Part shown: positions 41,858-53,322 of the stretch, piece after piece
Numbering within the stretch: position 1 is the stretch's first letter
How the letters are laid out: each line of letters begins with the position of its first letter
NCBI GenBank assembly: GCA_010029945.1
Contig: RGQW01000001.1
Span: 1 to 54,255 of the forward strand
Reading direction: 5' to 3'
From: Actinomycetota bacterium
Lineage (GTDB): Bacteria > Actinomycetota > Actinomycetes > S36-B12
Length of the DNA stretch: 54,255 nt
Notes under the pieces: model-generated
What the model saw: the letters and a program-made list of their open reading frames with translations, nothing else
Database searches by the model: none
Told to the model about the DNA's origin: nothing
Position numbers and translations under genes: made by a program

Positions 41858-43312
41858 TTACACGGTGAGGGGCCGCGCCGATGCTCGAATGGGAGACGGA
41901 AGGTTCGTGTCACCGGTCAAGTACCGATCGACGCTCGCGGCGGCCGCGCGACCTTCCGCAATCGCCCACACGATCAAGGACTGGCCTCGGCCCGCATCCC
42001 CGGCGACGAAGACTCCGTCCAATTCGGTCGCGTACTCGTCTGTCCGCTCGATGGAGCCGCGCTCGGTGAGCGGGAGGCCGAACTGCTCCAGCAGTGGGCC
42101 CTGCTCTGGCCCGGTGAATCCCATAGCCAAGAAGACAGCGTCCGCGGGTATTGACCGCTCGGAGTCGGGCACCGGCTCGAAACGACCGTCGACGAACTCC
42201 ACCTCGGACAACTCCAAGCTACGAACGTGACCGTCGTCGTCCCCCACGAAGCGTTGCGTCGACACAGCGAAAATGCGCTCACCGCCCTCTTCGTGCGCAC
42301 TGCTGACCCGATACGTCATGGGGTAGGTCGGCCAGGGCTGGGCCTGCGGTCGCTCCTGGGGTGGGCGAGGCATGATCTCCAACTGCGTCACGCTTGCGGC
42401 TCCCTGGCGATGAGCGGTACCCAGACAGTCGGCACCGGTGTCGCCTCCCCCGATGATGACCACGTGCTGACCCTCAACGTCGATGGGTGATTCCTCGAAA
42501 TCGCCCTCTTGCACTCGGTTCGCGGGAGGCAGGTACTCCATTGCTTGGTAGATACCGGTCAACTCCCGACCTTCGATGGGTAGGTCACGCCAGGCTGTCG
42601 CACCGGTCGCGATGACGATTGCGTCATAGCGACGCCGCAGGTCGGCGACCGTGATGTCCACTCCCACTTCTACGTTCGGCCGAAACTTCACTCCCTCGGC
42701 TTCCATCTGCGCGAGTCGCTGATCGACGTGGTGCTTTTCCATCTTGAACTCAGGGATTCCGTAACGCAGCAGACCCCCGATCCTGTCCGACCTCTCGTAC
42801 ACAGCGACCGTGTGGCCTGCGCGCGCCAACTGCTGTGCAGCCGCAAGTCCGGCGGGTCCGGATCCGATCACTGCGACCGTGTGGCCGGTCAATGACTCCG
42901 GCGGCTGCGGTGTGATCCACCCGGCCTCCCAGGCCCGGTCGACGATGGCCACTTCGACCTGCTTGATGGTGACGGGATCGGCGTTGATGCCCAGTACGCA
43001 GGCCGCTTCGCACGGCGCCGGACACAGTCGTCCGGTGAATTCTGGAAAGTTGTTGGTGGCGTGCAGCCTTTCGATGGCTTGACCCCAGTCACGGTCGTAG
43101 ATGAGGTCATTCCATTCCGGGATGAGGTTGCCCAGTGGACACCCTTGGTGGCAGAAGGGAATACCGCAGTCCATGCAGCGCCCCGCCTGCTTTTCCAGAC
43201 TCCGAGCATCGAAGTCTTGGTAGACCTCCTGCCAATCTTGAATGCGAACATCGACCGGGCGCCGTTCGGGAAGCTGGCGGTCGGTGGTCAAGAAACCTCG
43301 TGGATCAGCCAT
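41858..43312 (-). CDS. gltD: glutamate synthase (NADPH) small subunit
   Basis: Fe-S Cys motifs [10 protein letters not shown] and CPAPCE, plus dinucleotide fold [14 protein letters not shown]. Confidence 0.94.
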   Translation of the reverse strand: MADPRGFLTTDRQLPERRPVDVRIQDWQEVYQDFDARSLEKQAGRCMDCGIPFCHQGCPLGNLIPEWNDLIYDRDWGQAIERLHATNNFPEFTGRLCPAPCEAACVLGINADPVTIKQVEVAIVDRAWEAGWITPQPPESLTGHTVAVIGSGPAGLAAAQQLARAGHTVAVYERSDRIGGLLRYGIPEFKMEKHHVDQRLAQMEAEGVKFRPNVEVGVDITVADLRRRYDAIVIATGATAWRDLPIEGRELTGIYQAMEYLPPANRVQEGDFEESPIDVEGQHVVIIGGGDTGADCLGTAHRQGAASVTQLEIMPRPPQERPQAQPWPTYPMTYRVSSAHEEGGERIFAVSTQRFVGDDDGHVRSLELSEVEFVDGRFEPVPDSERSIPADAVFLAMGFTGPEQGPLLEQFGLPLTERGSIERTDEYATELDGVFVAGDAGRGQSLIVWAIAEGRAAAASVDRYLTGDTNLPSPIRASARPLTV

Positions 43313-46300
43313 TGCCGCCTCCCATCACTGCCAGCACGGGGTCTTCTCCCCTGGCTATCGCCTCCTCGCGCAAACGCAACACCCGTTTGAAGTCTTGCGG
43401 CATGACCTTGGTGAACCGCTGGCGGCTATGGGCCCAGTCCTCGAGCAATCGAGCTCCCACGGCCGACTCCGTCTCCTCGACGTGCCGCTGGATCAACGAG
43501 CGCAGTTCATCTTCGTCCTGGGCGCTCAGCGGATCGAGATCCACCATTTCCGGATTCACTCGGCTCACGTTCAAATCGAGTATGTAGCCAATCCCGCCGG
43601 ACATCCCGGCCCCGACGTTGCGGCCCACCGGTCCGAGGATCACCGCGATGCCGCCGGTCATGTACTCCAGAGCGTGGTCACCGACCCCCTCGACGACAGC
43701 GTGGACGCCGGAGTTCCGCACGCAGAACCGTTCGCCCACCTGTCCGCGGATGAAGATCTCACCACTCGTCGCTCCGTACGCGATCACGTTGCCGGCGATG
43801 ATGTTGTCCTCGGCGACGAAGGGGGCGCCGCGGTCGGGCCGGATGATGAGTCGACCACCTGAAAGGCCCTTACCGAGGTAGTCGTTCGCGTCGCCCTCGA
43901 GTCGAAGGGTCACACCTGCGGGAACGAAGGCGCCGAAACTTTGACCGGCGGATCCTTGGAAGGTGATGTCGATCGTTCCGTCCGGCAAACCGTCGCCGCC
44001 GTGTAGGCGCGTCACTTCCGACCCGAGCATGGTTCCTACCGTTCGGTTCACGTTTCGAATGGCGACATTGGCCCGGACAGGTTCACGTGAGTCAAGGGCC
44101 GGGCGGCAAATCTCGATGAGTTCTTGATCCAGGGCCTTGTCCAGGCCGTGGTCCTGCTCGACGATCTTCCGACGCGCCTCACCGTCCGGAACATCGGGCA
44201 CGTGAAGGATCGGAGCAAGGTCGAGTCCGTCCGCCTTCCAGTGATCGATAGCCCGCCGCATGTCGAGAACTTCGGCGTGTCCGATGGCTTCATCGAGGCT
44301 TCGGAAACCGAGTTCGGCGAGATACTCACGTACTTCCTGGGCGATGAATTCGAAGAAGTTGACGACGAATTCGGGCGATCCCTGGAACCGCTCGCGCAAG
44401 ACGGGGTTTTGCGTTGCGATGCCCACCGGGCAGGTGTCCAGATGACACACGCGCATCATCACGCACCCCATGACCACCAACGGTGCCGTCGCGAACCCGT
44501 ACTCCTCAGCGCCGAGAAGGGCGGCGATCACGACGTCGCGTCCGGTTTTGAGCTGTCCGTCCGCCTGGACGACCACACGATCGCGAAGGCCGTTGAGCAG
44601 CAGGGTTTGCTGCGTTTCCGCCAAGCCCAACTCCCAGGGTGCGCCCGCGTGCTTGAGCGATGTCAGCGGTGATGCGCCCGTCCCTCCGTCATGGCCGGAG
44701 ATCAGAACGACGTCGGCATGGGCTTTGGAGACACCTGCGGCAACGGTTCCAACACCGACCTCCGCCACCAGCTTCACGTGCACACGTGCCCGAGGATTCG
44801 CGTTCTTCAGATCGTGGATCAGTTGCGCGAGGTCCTCGATGGAGTAGATGTCGTGGTGCGGAGGCGGGGAGATCAGCCCGACGCCGGGAGTGGAGTGTCG
44901 GGTCTTGGCAATCCACGGATAGACCTTGTGGCCGGGAAGCTGTCCGCCTTCACCCGGCTTCGCTCCTTGCGCCATCTTGATCTGGATGTCGTCGCTGTTG
45001 ACAAGGTATTCACTGGTGACACCGAAGCGCCCCGATGCAACCTGCTTGATGGCGGAACGCTTCGAGTCGCCATTGTCCATCGGAACGAAACGCTCGGGGT
45101 CTTCTCCGCCTTCTCCAGTGTTCGACTTTCCACCGAGGCGGTTCATCGCTATCGCCAGAGTTTCGTGCGCCTCTGCGGAGATGGACCCGTAGGACATGGC
45201 TCCGGTGCTGAATCGGGACACGATCGATTCGATCGATTCGACTTCATCGAGGGGAACCGATTCCCGAGCACCATCGCGGAAGGCGAACAATCCGCGCAGC
45301 GTCATCAAGCGCTCGGCTTGTTCATTGACGCCCTGGGTGTATTCCCGGAATATGTCGAAGCGCTTCGCCCGCGTCGCGTGCTGGAGCCGGAAGACGGTTT
45401 CCGGATCGAACAGATGCGGCTCCCCGTCGCGTCGCCACTGGTACTCTCCACCGTCGGTCAAGACACGATGAGCGGGAGAGATTCCCGACGGTGGATACGC
45501 CGTCGCATGCCGACGGGCGACCTCCTCCGCGATGACGTCGAGTCCAACCCCGCCGAGCTTGGTCACCGTTCCGGTGAAGTAGCTATCGACGAGTTCTTGG
45601 GAAAGCCCGATGGCTTCGAAGATCTGCGCCCCGCGATAGGACGCGACCGTGGAGACGCCCATCTTGGACATCACCTTCAACAGTCCCTTGCCCATGGCCT
45701 TGATGTAGTTGCGGACCGCCTTCTCCACGCCCATGCCGTCGAGCACGTGCCGGTGAACGAGATCTTCGACGGTCTCCAACGCCAAATACGGGTTAATCGC
45801 CGCCGCGCCGTAGCCCACGAGAAGTGCCACGTGGTGGACTTCGCGCACGTCACCGGCCTCGACCAGCAGGCTGATCTGGCTGCGCGTCTTGGTTCGCACC
45901 AGGTGATGGTGAACGGCGGCGCACAACAGCAGCGAAGGAATCGGCGCCTGCTGGGCGTTGCTTTCCCGGTCGGACAGGACGATGAAGCGCTTGCCCTGGC
46001 GGATCAAAGCATCCACCTCGTTGAAGATCTCCGCGAGTCGCTTCTCGAGAGCGACTCCCCCACCGGCCACCGGATACAGCCCCGTCACGCGCGCTGCAGC
46101 GAACTCCGGAAGTGTGCCGTCCGCATTGATGTGCAGAATCTTTGCGAGTTCGTCGTTGTCGATCACCGGGAACGGTAGGAGCACCTGGCGGCAATGGCCG
46201 GGCTGAGATTCCAACAAGTTGCCTTCGGGCCCGATGAGGCTCGCCAGGCTGGTGACGATTTCTTCACGAATAGCGTCCAACGGCGGGTTGGTCACCTGCG

Positions 46301-47891
46301 CGAAAAGTTGGCTGAAGTAGTCGAACAACAGACGCGGTCGATTCGACAGCGCCGCGATCGGAGTGTCGGTGCCCATGGAGCCGATCGGTTCCGCGCCGGC
46401 GCGCGCCATCGGCTCCATGATCACCCGGAGTTCTTCCTGGCTATACCCGAAGGTTTGCTGCCGACGCGCAACAGATTCGTGGGTGTGCACGATGTGCTCT
46501 CGTTCGGGCAGTTCCTCCAGGTGGATGATGCCGGTGTCCAGCCACTCGTCGTACGGCAATTCGGCCGCGAGTTCAGCCTTGATCTCGTCGTCTTCGATGA
46601 TGCGGCCCGCGGCGGTGTCAACGAGGAACATGCGACCTGGTTGAAGGCGTCCCTTACGCACGACCGTTTGAGGGTCGATATCCAGCACGCCAGCCTCGGA
46701 CGCCAACACCACTAAGCCCTCGTCGGTGACCCAGAATCGACCCGGTCGAAGGCCGTTGCGGTCGAGGACGGCACCGATCTGGGTTCCGTCGGTGAAGCAG
46801 ACGTTGGCGGGGCCGTCCCACGGCTCCATGAGCGTCGCGTAGAACTCGTAGAACGCCCGTCGACGTGGATCCATGTCGGGGTTGTTCTCCCAGGCTTCGG
46901 GAATCATCATCAAAACGGCCTGTGGGAGCGAGCGGCCACCGAGGTGGAGCAGTTCCAGGACTTCGTCGAAGCTGGCTGAGTCGCTGGCCCCGGGGGTGCA
47001 GATCGGCGACAGGCGAGTGAGGTCGCCGGAGAGAACATCGCTGGTGAGCATGGCTTCGCGGGTGGTCATCCAGTTCCGATTTCCCGCCACGGTGTTGATC
47101 TCGCCGTTGTGAGCGATCAACCGGTACGGGTGCGCCAGCGGCCACGACGGGAACGTGTTCGTGGAGAAACGTGAGTGAACGAGGGCCAAGGTCGATGCGA
47201 TGTCGACTTCGCTCAAGTCCGGGTAGAACGGTGTGAGTTGGTCCGTGGTCAACATGCCCTTGTAGACCATGGTGCGAGAAGACAGCGACGCGAAGTAGAC
47301 GCCCAACTCGTTCTCCACCCGCTTGCGCAACGCGTACACGCGCCGGTCGAGGTCGAGTCCGAAGGTGGCATTGCGGGCGTCCACGGCGAAGATCTGCCAG
47401 AAGTCCGGCATGCACTCTCGAGCCGTCACGCCGACCAGAGATGGATCGGTCGGCACGTGCCGCCAACCGAGGATCTCGATCTCTTCGTCGCGGGCGATCT
47501 CGTCGATCTGCGCCATCAGCACGTCGCGCGTAGGACCGTCCGTAGGAAGGAATCCGATACCCGTGGCGTAGGCACCGGGCTCGGGTAGTTCGATCTCGCT
47601 TACCCGACGCAACAGGGCATCGGGCACCTGGATCAGGATTCCCGCTCCGTCGCCGCTGTCGGGCTCACTTCCCGACGCTCCCCGGTGTTCCAGATTCTCC
47701 AGTGCCGTCAGTGCTTGCTTGACGACGTCGTTGGAAGGGACACCGCTCAGGGTCGCCACCAATGCGACACCGCAGGCGTCGCGCTCGAATTGCGGGTCAT
47801 ACAAGCCTTGCCGGGCCGGAGTGGTGGCGTATCCGTCGAGGAGAGACACAGGCATTCCTTCGTCGTCGGTGGATGAAACCGCCCGCATCAC
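43305..47891 (-). CDS. gltB: glutamate synthase large subunit
   Basis: 1528 aa. Amidotransferase N-terminal Cys context [14 protein letters not shown] domain [12 protein letters not shown] and a C-terminal GXGXG domain. Confidence 0.97.
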   Translation of the reverse strand: MMRAVSSTDDEGMPVSLLDGYATTPARQGLYDPQFERDACGVALVATLSGVPSNDVVKQALTALENLEHRGASGSEPDSGDGAGILIQVPDALLRRVSEIELPEPGAYATGIGFLPTDGPTRDVLMAQIDEIARDEEIEILGWRHVPTDPSLVGVTARECMPDFWQIFAVDARNATFGLDLDRRVYALRKRVENELGVYFASLSSRTMVYKGMLTTDQLTPFYPDLSEVDIASTLALVHSRFSTNTFPSWPLAHPYRLIAHNGEINTVAGNRNWMTTREAMLTSDVLSGDLTRLSPICTPGASDSASFDEVLELLHLGGRSLPQAVLMMIPEAWENNPDMDPRRRAFYEFYATLMEPWDGPANVCFTDGTQIGAVLDRNGLRPGRFWVTDEGLVVLASEAGVLDIDPQTVVRKGRLQPGRMFLVDTAAGRIIEDDEIKAELAAELPYDEWLDTGIIHLEELPEREHIVHTHESVARRQQTFGYSQEELRVIMEPMARAGAEPIGSMGTDTPIAALSNRPRLLFDYFSQLFAQVTNPPLDAIREEIVTSLASLIGPEGNLLESQPGHCRQVLLPFPVIDNDELAKILHINADGTLPEFAAARVTGLYPVAGGGVALEKRLAEIFNEVDALIRQGKRFIVLSDRESNAQQAPIPSLLLCAAVHHHLVRTKTRSQISLLVEAGDVREVHHVALLVGYGAAAINPYLALETVEDLVHRHVLDGMGVEKAVRNYIKAMGKGLLKVMSKMGVSTVASYRGAQIFEAIGLSQELVDSYFTGTVTKLGGVGLDVIAEEVARRHATAYPPSGISPAHRVLTDGGEYQWRRDGEPHLFDPETVFRLQHATRAKRFDIFREYTQGVNEQAERLMTLRGLFAFRDGARESVPLDEVESIESIVSRFSTGAMSYGSISAEAHETLAIAMNRLGGKSNTGEGGEDPERFVPMDNGDSKRSAIKQVASGRFGVTSEYLVNSDDIQIKMAQGAKPGEGGQLPGHKVYPWIAKTRHSTPGVGLISPPPHHDIYSIEDLAQLIHDLKNANPRARVHVKLVAEVGVGTVAAGVSKAHADVVLISGHDGGTGASPLTSLKHAGAPWELGLAETQQTLLLNGLRDRVVVQADGQLKTGRDVVIAALLGAEEYGFATAPLVVMGCVMMRVCHLDTCPVGIATQNPVLRERFQGSPEFVVNFFEFIAQEVREYLAELGFRSLDEAIGHAEVLDMRRAIDHWKADGLDLAPILHVPDVPDGEARRKIVEQDHGLDKALDQELIEICRPALDSREPVRANVAIRNVNRTVGTMLGSEVTRLHGGDGLPDGTIDITFQGSAGQSFGAFVPAGVTLRLEGDANDYLGKGLSGGRLIIRPDRGAPFVAEDNIIAGNVIAYGATSGEIFIRGQVGERFCVRNSGVHAVVEGVGDHALEYMTGGIAVILGPVGRNVGAGMSGGIGYILDLNVSRVNPEMVDLDPLSAQDEDELRSLIQRHVEETESAVGARLLEDWAHSRQRFTKVMPQDFKRVLRLREEAIARGEDPVLAVMGGGNG

Positions 47892-47960
47892 GGCAGTAGC
47901 GGCCGGCTGCGGAGGTGGTGGTGTGGCGGTTCGGGACGACGTTGGCCCGGATCGAAAAGT

Positions 47961-49028
47961 CTACGGGGTTGTCGTCGCGGTGTCGTCTGGACCAGGCTCC
48001 GGAGTGTCCGACTTTTCCGATTTTTCCTGCATTTGTGACATTTGACTCACGGGAGCCTGGTCGTCAGAGTCATCGGAAGTCTCGGAAGTCTCGGAGACCC
48101 CGGCTTCACCGTGGTTCTCGTCGTTCTCGTCGTTCTCGTCGTTCTTATCGTCCGCGTCAGTCGCGTCGCTCGACGCCGCACTCAGGTCCTCTCGCCCCGG
48201 CCGGGATCTCGCCGACAGCACCAGATACACGGCGGCGCCGATCCCCACGATGACCGACGTCCACACGTTCAACCGCAGCCCGGCCACGGTGTTGACCGGG
48301 TCGATTCTTAAGGTTTCGATCCAGGCCCGACCGATCGTGTACAGCAGCACGTACAGGGCGAAGACGCGCCCGTGGCCCATCGTGAACCGGCGATCCGCCC
48401 AGATGACGATGAGGGCAACCCCGACCAGCCACAGCGACTCATACAAAAACGTGGGGTGGAAAGTTTCAAAGGCCTCGTAGCCCACCGGCCGGTTTTCCGG
48501 CGCGATCTCCAGCCCCCAGGGCAGCGTCGTAGGTTGCCCGAACAGTTCCTGGTTGAACCAGTTGCCCCATCGACCGATTGCCTGGGCGAGCGCGATGCCG
48601 GGAGCGATCGCGTCTGCGATCGGAGGGAGAGCGACGTGTCGCCGTCGCGCACCGATCCACGCACCCAACGCACCGAGAGCAACGGCGCCCCAGATTCCCA
48701 AGCCTCCATCCCAGATGCGAAAAGCCGCAGCTACTCCCCGGCCGTCGGTGCCGAAGTAGATCTGCCAGTCACTGGCAACGTGATAGAGACGGCCGCCGAT
48801 GATGCCGAAGGGCACCGCCCACAGTGCGATGTCGGTGATCAGGCCTGGCTCTCCGCCGCGAGCAACGTAGCGGCGATTACCGAGCCAAATGGCAACGACG
48901 ATGCCGGCGATGATCGCCAGCGCGTAGGCGCGTAGCGGAATCGGACCCAGGTACCACGTCCCCTGGTCGGGACTGGGAATCGACGCCACGACCTGCGTGG
49001 TGATCGTCGCTATCGCACTCCCGCTCAT
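47961..49028 (-). CDS. lgt: prolipoprotein diacylglyceryl transferase with acidic low-complexity C-terminal tail
   Basis: GGRLYHV and GRWGNWFNQELFG motifs. The tail is DATDADDKNDENDENDENHGEAGVSETSETSDDSDD. Confidence 0.92.
   Translation of the reverse strand: MSGSAIATITTQVVASIPSPDQGTWYLGPIPLRAYALAIIAGIVVAIWLGNRRYVARGGEPGLITDIALWAVPFGIIGGRLYHVASDWQIYFGTDGRGVAAAFRIWDGGLGIWGAVALGALGAWIGARRRHVALPPIADAIAPGIALAQAIGRWGNWFNQELFGQPTTLPWGLEIAPENRPVGYEAFETFHPTFLYESLWLVGVALIVIWADRRFTMGHGRVFALYVLLYTIGRAWIETLRIDPVNTVAGLRLNVWTSVIVGIGAAVYLVLSARSRPGREDLSAASSDATDADDKNDENDENDENHGEAGVSETSETSDDSDDQAPVSQMSQMQEKSEKSDTPEPGPDDTATTTP
48114..48149. repeat. in-frame 9-bp tandem repeat (GTTCTCGTC x3 plus one degenerate copy) encoding DEN repeats in the Lgt tail
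   Basis: Read directly: 48114-48122, 48123-48131, 48132-48140, then GTTCTTATC. A second 9-bp tandem (CGGAAGTCT x2) lies at 48074-48091. Confidence 0.85.
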
Positions 49029-49044
49029 CGTTCCGTCACCGGCG

Positions 49045-49845
49045 CTAGTTGCCGGCGGCCTCGGTCAGCGCGGCGAGCAACGACGCTTGATCCGCCAACG
49101 ACTGTGTGGGGATTTCCACTCCGTCGATCTTGCCGAAGGGGGTTCCCGCTACTCCTTGGTCATAGAACTCCTGGGTTGAGTTCGCGGCCCACACTCGGTA
49201 GGTCTCGTCGTCGACGCACGCGGAGAAACTCTCGAGCGTGGCCCCACTCATGCCGATGCCTTCGGCTATCGAGACGAGTTCGGAGTTCGACCAACCGTCT
49301 CCCTCTTCCTCGGGTTGATTGGCGTAGACGGCGTCGTGGTACTCGCGCGTGAATCCCTCGTCGATCGCACAACCCCACGCGCCGATGGCGCGGTTGGAGG
49401 CATCGTTTCCGAGGTTGCGGTCCAGGAACGCGGTAGGACGCCAAATGACCCGCGCGATGCCGGTCTCGGCTGCTTCGGCGATGCCCTCGCCGTTCGCTTC
49501 TTCGAGTGAGCCGCAGGCAGGACACTGGAAGTCTTCCCACAGTTCGAGAACAGGGGCGTCGTCCCCGGCGGTTCCGTAGGGAACCCCGTACGCCCATTCG
49601 CTGTCGGCTCCAAGGACACCGTCGGGAACCGGAGCGCTGGGGTCCGCTTCAATCACATCGATGGCGTTCGCGTTGTCGTCTGCATTGCGCGCGACGACGG
49701 CGACTCCGATGATTCCGGCGACGACGGCGAGGACGGCAACGGCCCCGATGATGCGCACGGTCCGCTCCCGGCGCTTCTCCCCCGCCTGAGCTTCCGCCCG
49801 AGCGGCAGCCGCCCGGTCGCGCCGTTCTCTACTTCCCGCTGCCAT
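49045..49845 (-). CDS. membrane-anchored DsbA-family thiol:disulfide oxidoreductase
   Basis: Thioredoxin-fold active site FQCPACG. N-terminal basic region plus a TM segment (IIGAVAVLAVVAGIIGVAVV). Start trimmed to the ATG at 49845, with GGAGA upstream. Confidence 0.8.
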   Translation of the reverse strand: MAAGSRERRDRAAAARAEAQAGEKRRERTVRIIGAVAVLAVVAGIIGVAVVARNADDNANAIDVIEADPSAPVPDGVLGADSEWAYGVPYGTAGDDAPVLELWEDFQCPACGSLEEANGEGIAEAAETGIARVIWRPTAFLDRNLGNDASNRAIGAWGCAIDEGFTREYHDAVYANQPEEEGDGWSNSELVSIAEGIGMSGATLESFSACVDDETYRVWAANSTQEFYDQGVAGTPFGKIDGVEIPTQSLADQASLLAALTEAAGN

Positions 49846-49918
49846 TACATCTCCGTTCGTGACCACAAGGAGCCTCGTCGGGCGCCGATCTCCAGAATAG
49901 TTTGCCTGTTCGACGTGC

Positions 49919-50746
49919 TCATGCGTCGGGCTCGGACAGGTGGGTTGATCGCCCAACCCCCGCGCGGAGCTCCGCAGCGAATCGACCCACCTCGGCCGTG
50001 GCCTCGGCACTTGATTCGGCATCGAGGACTCGCCGGATGAATGCTGAACCCACGATTACTCCATCTGCGTACCCGGCGATCGACTCTGCCTGTTCAGCAG
50101 AGGAGACACCCAAGCCGACACCGATCGGCTGGCGTGTGCGCTCGCGTACCCGACCCACGAGCTGCGGGGCTGCGTCACTCACCGTGTCGCGAGTCCCGGT
50201 TACTCCCATCGTGGATGCCGCGTAGACGAAACCGGTCGTCGCACCAGAGACGATGTCGATTCGCGCATCGGTCGATGACGGCGCCACGAGAAAGGTGCGG
50301 TCGATCCCCGCGGCCTCGGTCACCTCGATCCATGCATCGGCCTCTTCGGGCGTCAGGTCTGGCGTGATGACGCCGCTTCCGCCCGCCGCAGCAAGTTCGT
50401 CGGCGAACTTCTGCACTCCGAAACGCTCGATGGGATTCCAGTAGCTCATGACATACACCGCTTGATGCTCCGCCGGCGTCAGGCGGTCGACCACGCTCAG
50501 GACGTCAGCAGTCGTCACCCCCCGCTCGAGCGCGATTTCCACCGATTCCTGGATCGCGGGGCCGTCCATGAGTGGGTCGGAGTACGGGAGACCCACCTCC
50601 AACAGGTCGACACCGGAGTCGAGCATGGTTTGGAAGATCTCGACACTGTCATCGACCGTGGGGAACCCCGCCGGGAGGTAGCCGATGAGTGCTGATCGAT
50701 GCTGTGTCCGGGCGGCGTCGAAAACGGCCGCGGTCCGCGGATTCAC
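49919..50746 (-). CDS. trpA: tryptophan synthase alpha chain
   Basis: [24 protein letters not shown] and GVIVGSA. GTG start at 50746 in a GTGA overlap with the trpB stop. The longer ORF to 51061 overlaps trpB. Confidence 0.93.
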   Translation of the reverse strand: MNPRTAAVFDAARTQHRSALIGYLPAGFPTVDDSVEIFQTMLDSGVDLLEVGLPYSDPLMDGPAIQESVEIALERGVTTADVLSVVDRLTPAEHQAVYVMSYWNPIERFGVQKFADELAAAGGSGVITPDLTPEEADAWIEVTEAAGIDRTFLVAPSSTDARIDIVSGATTGFVYAASTMGVTGTRDTVSDAAPQLVGRVRERTRQPIGVGLGVSSAEQAESIAGYADGVIVGSAFIRRVLDAESSAEATAEVGRFAAELRAGVGRSTHLSEPDA

Positions 50747-51960
50747 GTCGTGTCGATTCCAAACCAGCGAGCAGCAGTTTCCACGTCCTTGTCCCCTCGC
50801 CCGGACAGATTGATCACGATCACCGCATCCGGACCGAGCTCTCGACCCAGACGCATAGCCCCCGCGAGAGCATGCGCCGTTTCGATGGCCGGCAATATCC
50901 CTTCGGTGCGACTCACGATCGAGAACGCTTCCATCGCTTCGGCGTCCGTCACCGGCTCGTAGGTGGCCCGACCCGAGTCGTGCAGCCACGCGTGCTCGGG
51001 GCCCACGCCGGGGTAATCCAGTCCGGCACTGATCGAATGTGACGGGATGGTTTGGCCCCACTCATCCTGCATGACGTACGTGCGCGCACCGTGCAGAACG
51101 CCCGGCGCACCCATGGCGAATCGCGCCGCGTGTCGACCGGATTCCACGCCTTCCCCACCAGCTTCGTAGCCGACCAAGCGCACCTCGGGATCATCGAGGA
51201 ACGCCGAGAACAAGCCCATCGCGTTGGACCCTCCGCCGACACACGCCACTGCTGCATCCGGCAACCGGCCCTCGATCTCGAGAATCTGCTCCCGCGTTTC
51301 ACGTCCGATGACGCTGTGGAAGTGCCGGACGATGCGCGGGAACGGTGATGGTCCCGTCACGGTTCCCAGCAGATAATGCGTTGTCGCGACGTTGGTGACC
51401 CAGTCACGCATCGCCTCGTTGATGGCGTCTTTGAGAGTCTGGCTTCCCGTTTCGACCGGGATGACGGTCGCGCCGAGCAATTGCATACGCGCGACGTTCA
51501 GCGCTTGCCGTTGGGTGTCTTCCTTGCCCATGTAGACGACACATTCCAACCCCATCAGTGCCGCGGCTGTCGCCGATGCGACTCCGTGTTGGCCGGCGCC
51601 TGTCTCGGCGATGATGCGCGTCTTGCCCATGCGGGCAGCCAACAGCGCCTGTCCGAGAACGTTGTTGATCTTGTGAGATCCCGTGTGGTTGAGGTCCTCT
51701 CGCTTGAAGTAGATGCGGGCCCCACCGCACTCGCGTTCAAAGCGCGCCGCTCGAGTCAACGGAGAGGGTCGTCCGGTGTAGTCCTTCTCCAGGTCCGCGA
51801 GTTCCCGGGCGAAGTCCGGATCGGCGCATGCAGCGTCGAAGGCTTCTTCCAGTTGATCGAGGGCAGCCATCAACGCTTCTGGAACGAAACGACCCCCGTA
51901 CGGGCCGAAATGACCCGGTGCTGACGAGCGAGCATCAACGGTGTCGGCAGAGGCAGTCAC
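50743..51960 (-). CDS. trpB: tryptophan synthase beta chain
   Basis: PLP-lysine motif [11 protein letters not shown], and GGGSNAMG. Confidence 0.96.
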   Translation of the reverse strand: MTASADTVDARSSAPGHFGPYGGRFVPEALMAALDQLEEAFDAACADPDFARELADLEKDYTGRPSPLTRAARFERECGGARIYFKREDLNHTGSHKINNVLGQALLAARMGKTRIIAETGAGQHGVASATAAALMGLECVVYMGKEDTQRQALNVARMQLLGATVIPVETGSQTLKDAINEAMRDWVTNVATTHYLLGTVTGPSPFPRIVRHFHSVIGRETREQILEIEGRLPDAAVACVGGGSNAMGLFSAFLDDPEVRLVGYEAGGEGVESGRHAARFAMGAPGVLHGARTYVMQDEWGQTIPSHSISAGLDYPGVGPEHAWLHDSGRATYEPVTDAEAMEAFSIVSRTEGILPAIETAHALAGAMRLGRELGPDAVIVINLSGRGDKDVETAARWFGIDTT

Positions 51961-52775
51961 GAGGTCATCCTCCTGCCGTGACGCAGGGCGGGGTGCGCTC
52001 CTGCCGTGACGAGATCGTGGACCGCGAGGCGAGGATCCTTGCCGGTGACCAGGCTTTCGCCGACCAGGACGCCGTCCGCTCCCGCCTCGGCATAGGCGAT
52101 CAAGTCATGGGGCTCCCGAACACCCGATTCTGCGATCTTGATGCAGGTATCCGGGATCAGGTGCGCCACTCGCGCGAAGACGCCCCTGTCAACCTCCAGC
52201 GTGGTCAGGTCTCGGGCATTCACGCCGATGACGTCCGCACCCGCGTCCAGGGCACGGGCGATCTCCGTCTCGTCGTGCACCTCCACCAGTGGAGTCAACC
52301 CCAGACTTCGGGAGCGCTCGACGAGTGACACAAGAGCGTCCTGTTCGAGCGCGGCCACGATCAGCAGGACGAGGTCCGCGCCGTAGGCCCGTGCTTCCCA
52401 GAGTTGATAACTCCCGATGACGAAGTCTTTGCGCAACACCGGTACGTCGACGGCGGCACGCACCGATGCGAGGTCGTCCAGACTCCCTCCGAAGCGACGT
52501 TCCTCAGTCAAGACACTGATGCAGTGCGCTCCACCAGCTTCGTAGTCGCGAGCCAGAGCGGCCGGATCGGCGATCTCTGCCAGCGGTCCTCGACTCGGGC
52601 TTTCTCGCTTGACTTCGGCGATGACACATACGTCCTCATCGGTGAACATCGGGCGCGGATCTCTCGGTGTACTGGTCGTACTCGCGCGTTCCTTGACGTG
52701 CTCAAGGGGAACGCGTTGCATCCGCTGCGCCACGTCTTCGCGGACTCCGTCAAGGATGTCGTTGAGGACGTTCAT
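51957..52775 (-). CDS. trpC: indole-3-glycerol phosphate synthase
   Basis: [17 protein letters not shown] and VNARDL. 4-nt overlap with trpB. Confidence 0.94.
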   Translation of the reverse strand: MNVLNDILDGVREDVAQRMQRVPLEHVKERASTTSTPRDPRPMFTDEDVCVIAEVKRESPSRGPLAEIADPAALARDYEAGGAHCISVLTEERRFGGSLDDLASVRAAVDVPVLRKDFVIGSYQLWEARAYGADLVLLIVAALEQDALVSLVERSRSLGLTPLVEVHDETEIARALDAGADVIGVNARDLTTLEVDRGVFARVAHLIPDTCIKIAESGVREPHDLIAYAEAGADGVLVGESLVTGKDPRLAVHDLVTAGAHPALRHGRRMTS

Positions 52776-52817
52776 AGCCCCACAGTACGCCCGGTGTCTG
52801 CGCTTGCAATCGGGGCT

Positions 52818-53297
52818 CTAACCCACCCCAGATCCCAGGTAGGGAACGAAGTTGCGCACCACACCAAAGATCAGCACGCCGATCAGCAGCCAGACCATGA
52901 GTCGAGATCGCCGTGCTTGCGTTGCAATATCGACGACCGGGCGCCGACCGGTCCACGATCGATAGGCCCAGACAGCGAAGGCGACGATCACGACCGGCCA
53001 AAAAATGATCAGCAGAATGTTGTGATCAGCCATCCCCGAGAGGTCGCCATAGAGCAGGTCGTAGGTACCACGCATGCCCCCGCACCCCGGACAGTCCAAA
53101 CCCAAAAAGATTTGGCTCGGGCACCCGGGGTAATGCCCGGGAACGTTCGGGTCCACAGCGCGCAGGTAGACGCCTGCTGCGAGAGCGGCAATTCCGGTGA
53201 TGAACACCGGCAGCATTCGCCGGCGTCGCGATCGCTCGTCGACCGCGACACGAGTCTGGTCATCGAGCGTCCCCATTCGTGAATCGTACGCCGTCAT
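52818..53297 (-). CDS. DUF2752-like membrane protein
   Basis: CPSQIFLGLDCPGCGGMRG is the DUF2752 Cys motif, followed by hydrophobic helices. Start trimmed to the ATG at 53297; the longer ORF overlaps the kinase gene. Confidence 0.7.
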   Translation of the reverse strand: MTAYDSRMGTLDDQTRVAVDERSRRRRMLPVFITGIAALAAGVYLRAVDPNVPGHYPGCPSQIFLGLDCPGCGGMRGTYDLLYGDLSGMADHNILLIIFWPVVIVAFAVWAYRSWTGRRPVVDIATQARRSRLMVWLLIGVLIFGVVRNFVPYLGSGVG

Positions 53298-53322
53298 CCG
53301 AGCCCCGAGGGGCCGTCGAGCC

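Noticed and set aside
44691-46178. 495-aa ORF on the plus strand, antisense to gltB
   Set aside because: It lies entirely inside the 1528-aa gltB. It shows no recognisable family features and is a typical high-GC shadow ORF.
50747-51061. Upstream extension of the trpA ORF; the same issue applies to hisG (15908-16033), hisE (16171-16374), fmt (23552-23614), rpoZ (29036-29092), pyrC (38820-38870), the dsbA-like gene (49846-50022) and the DUF2752-like gene (53298-53501)
   Set aside because: In each case the conserved protein begins at an internal start that abuts or overlaps the upstream gene's stop, and the extension overlaps that upstream gene.
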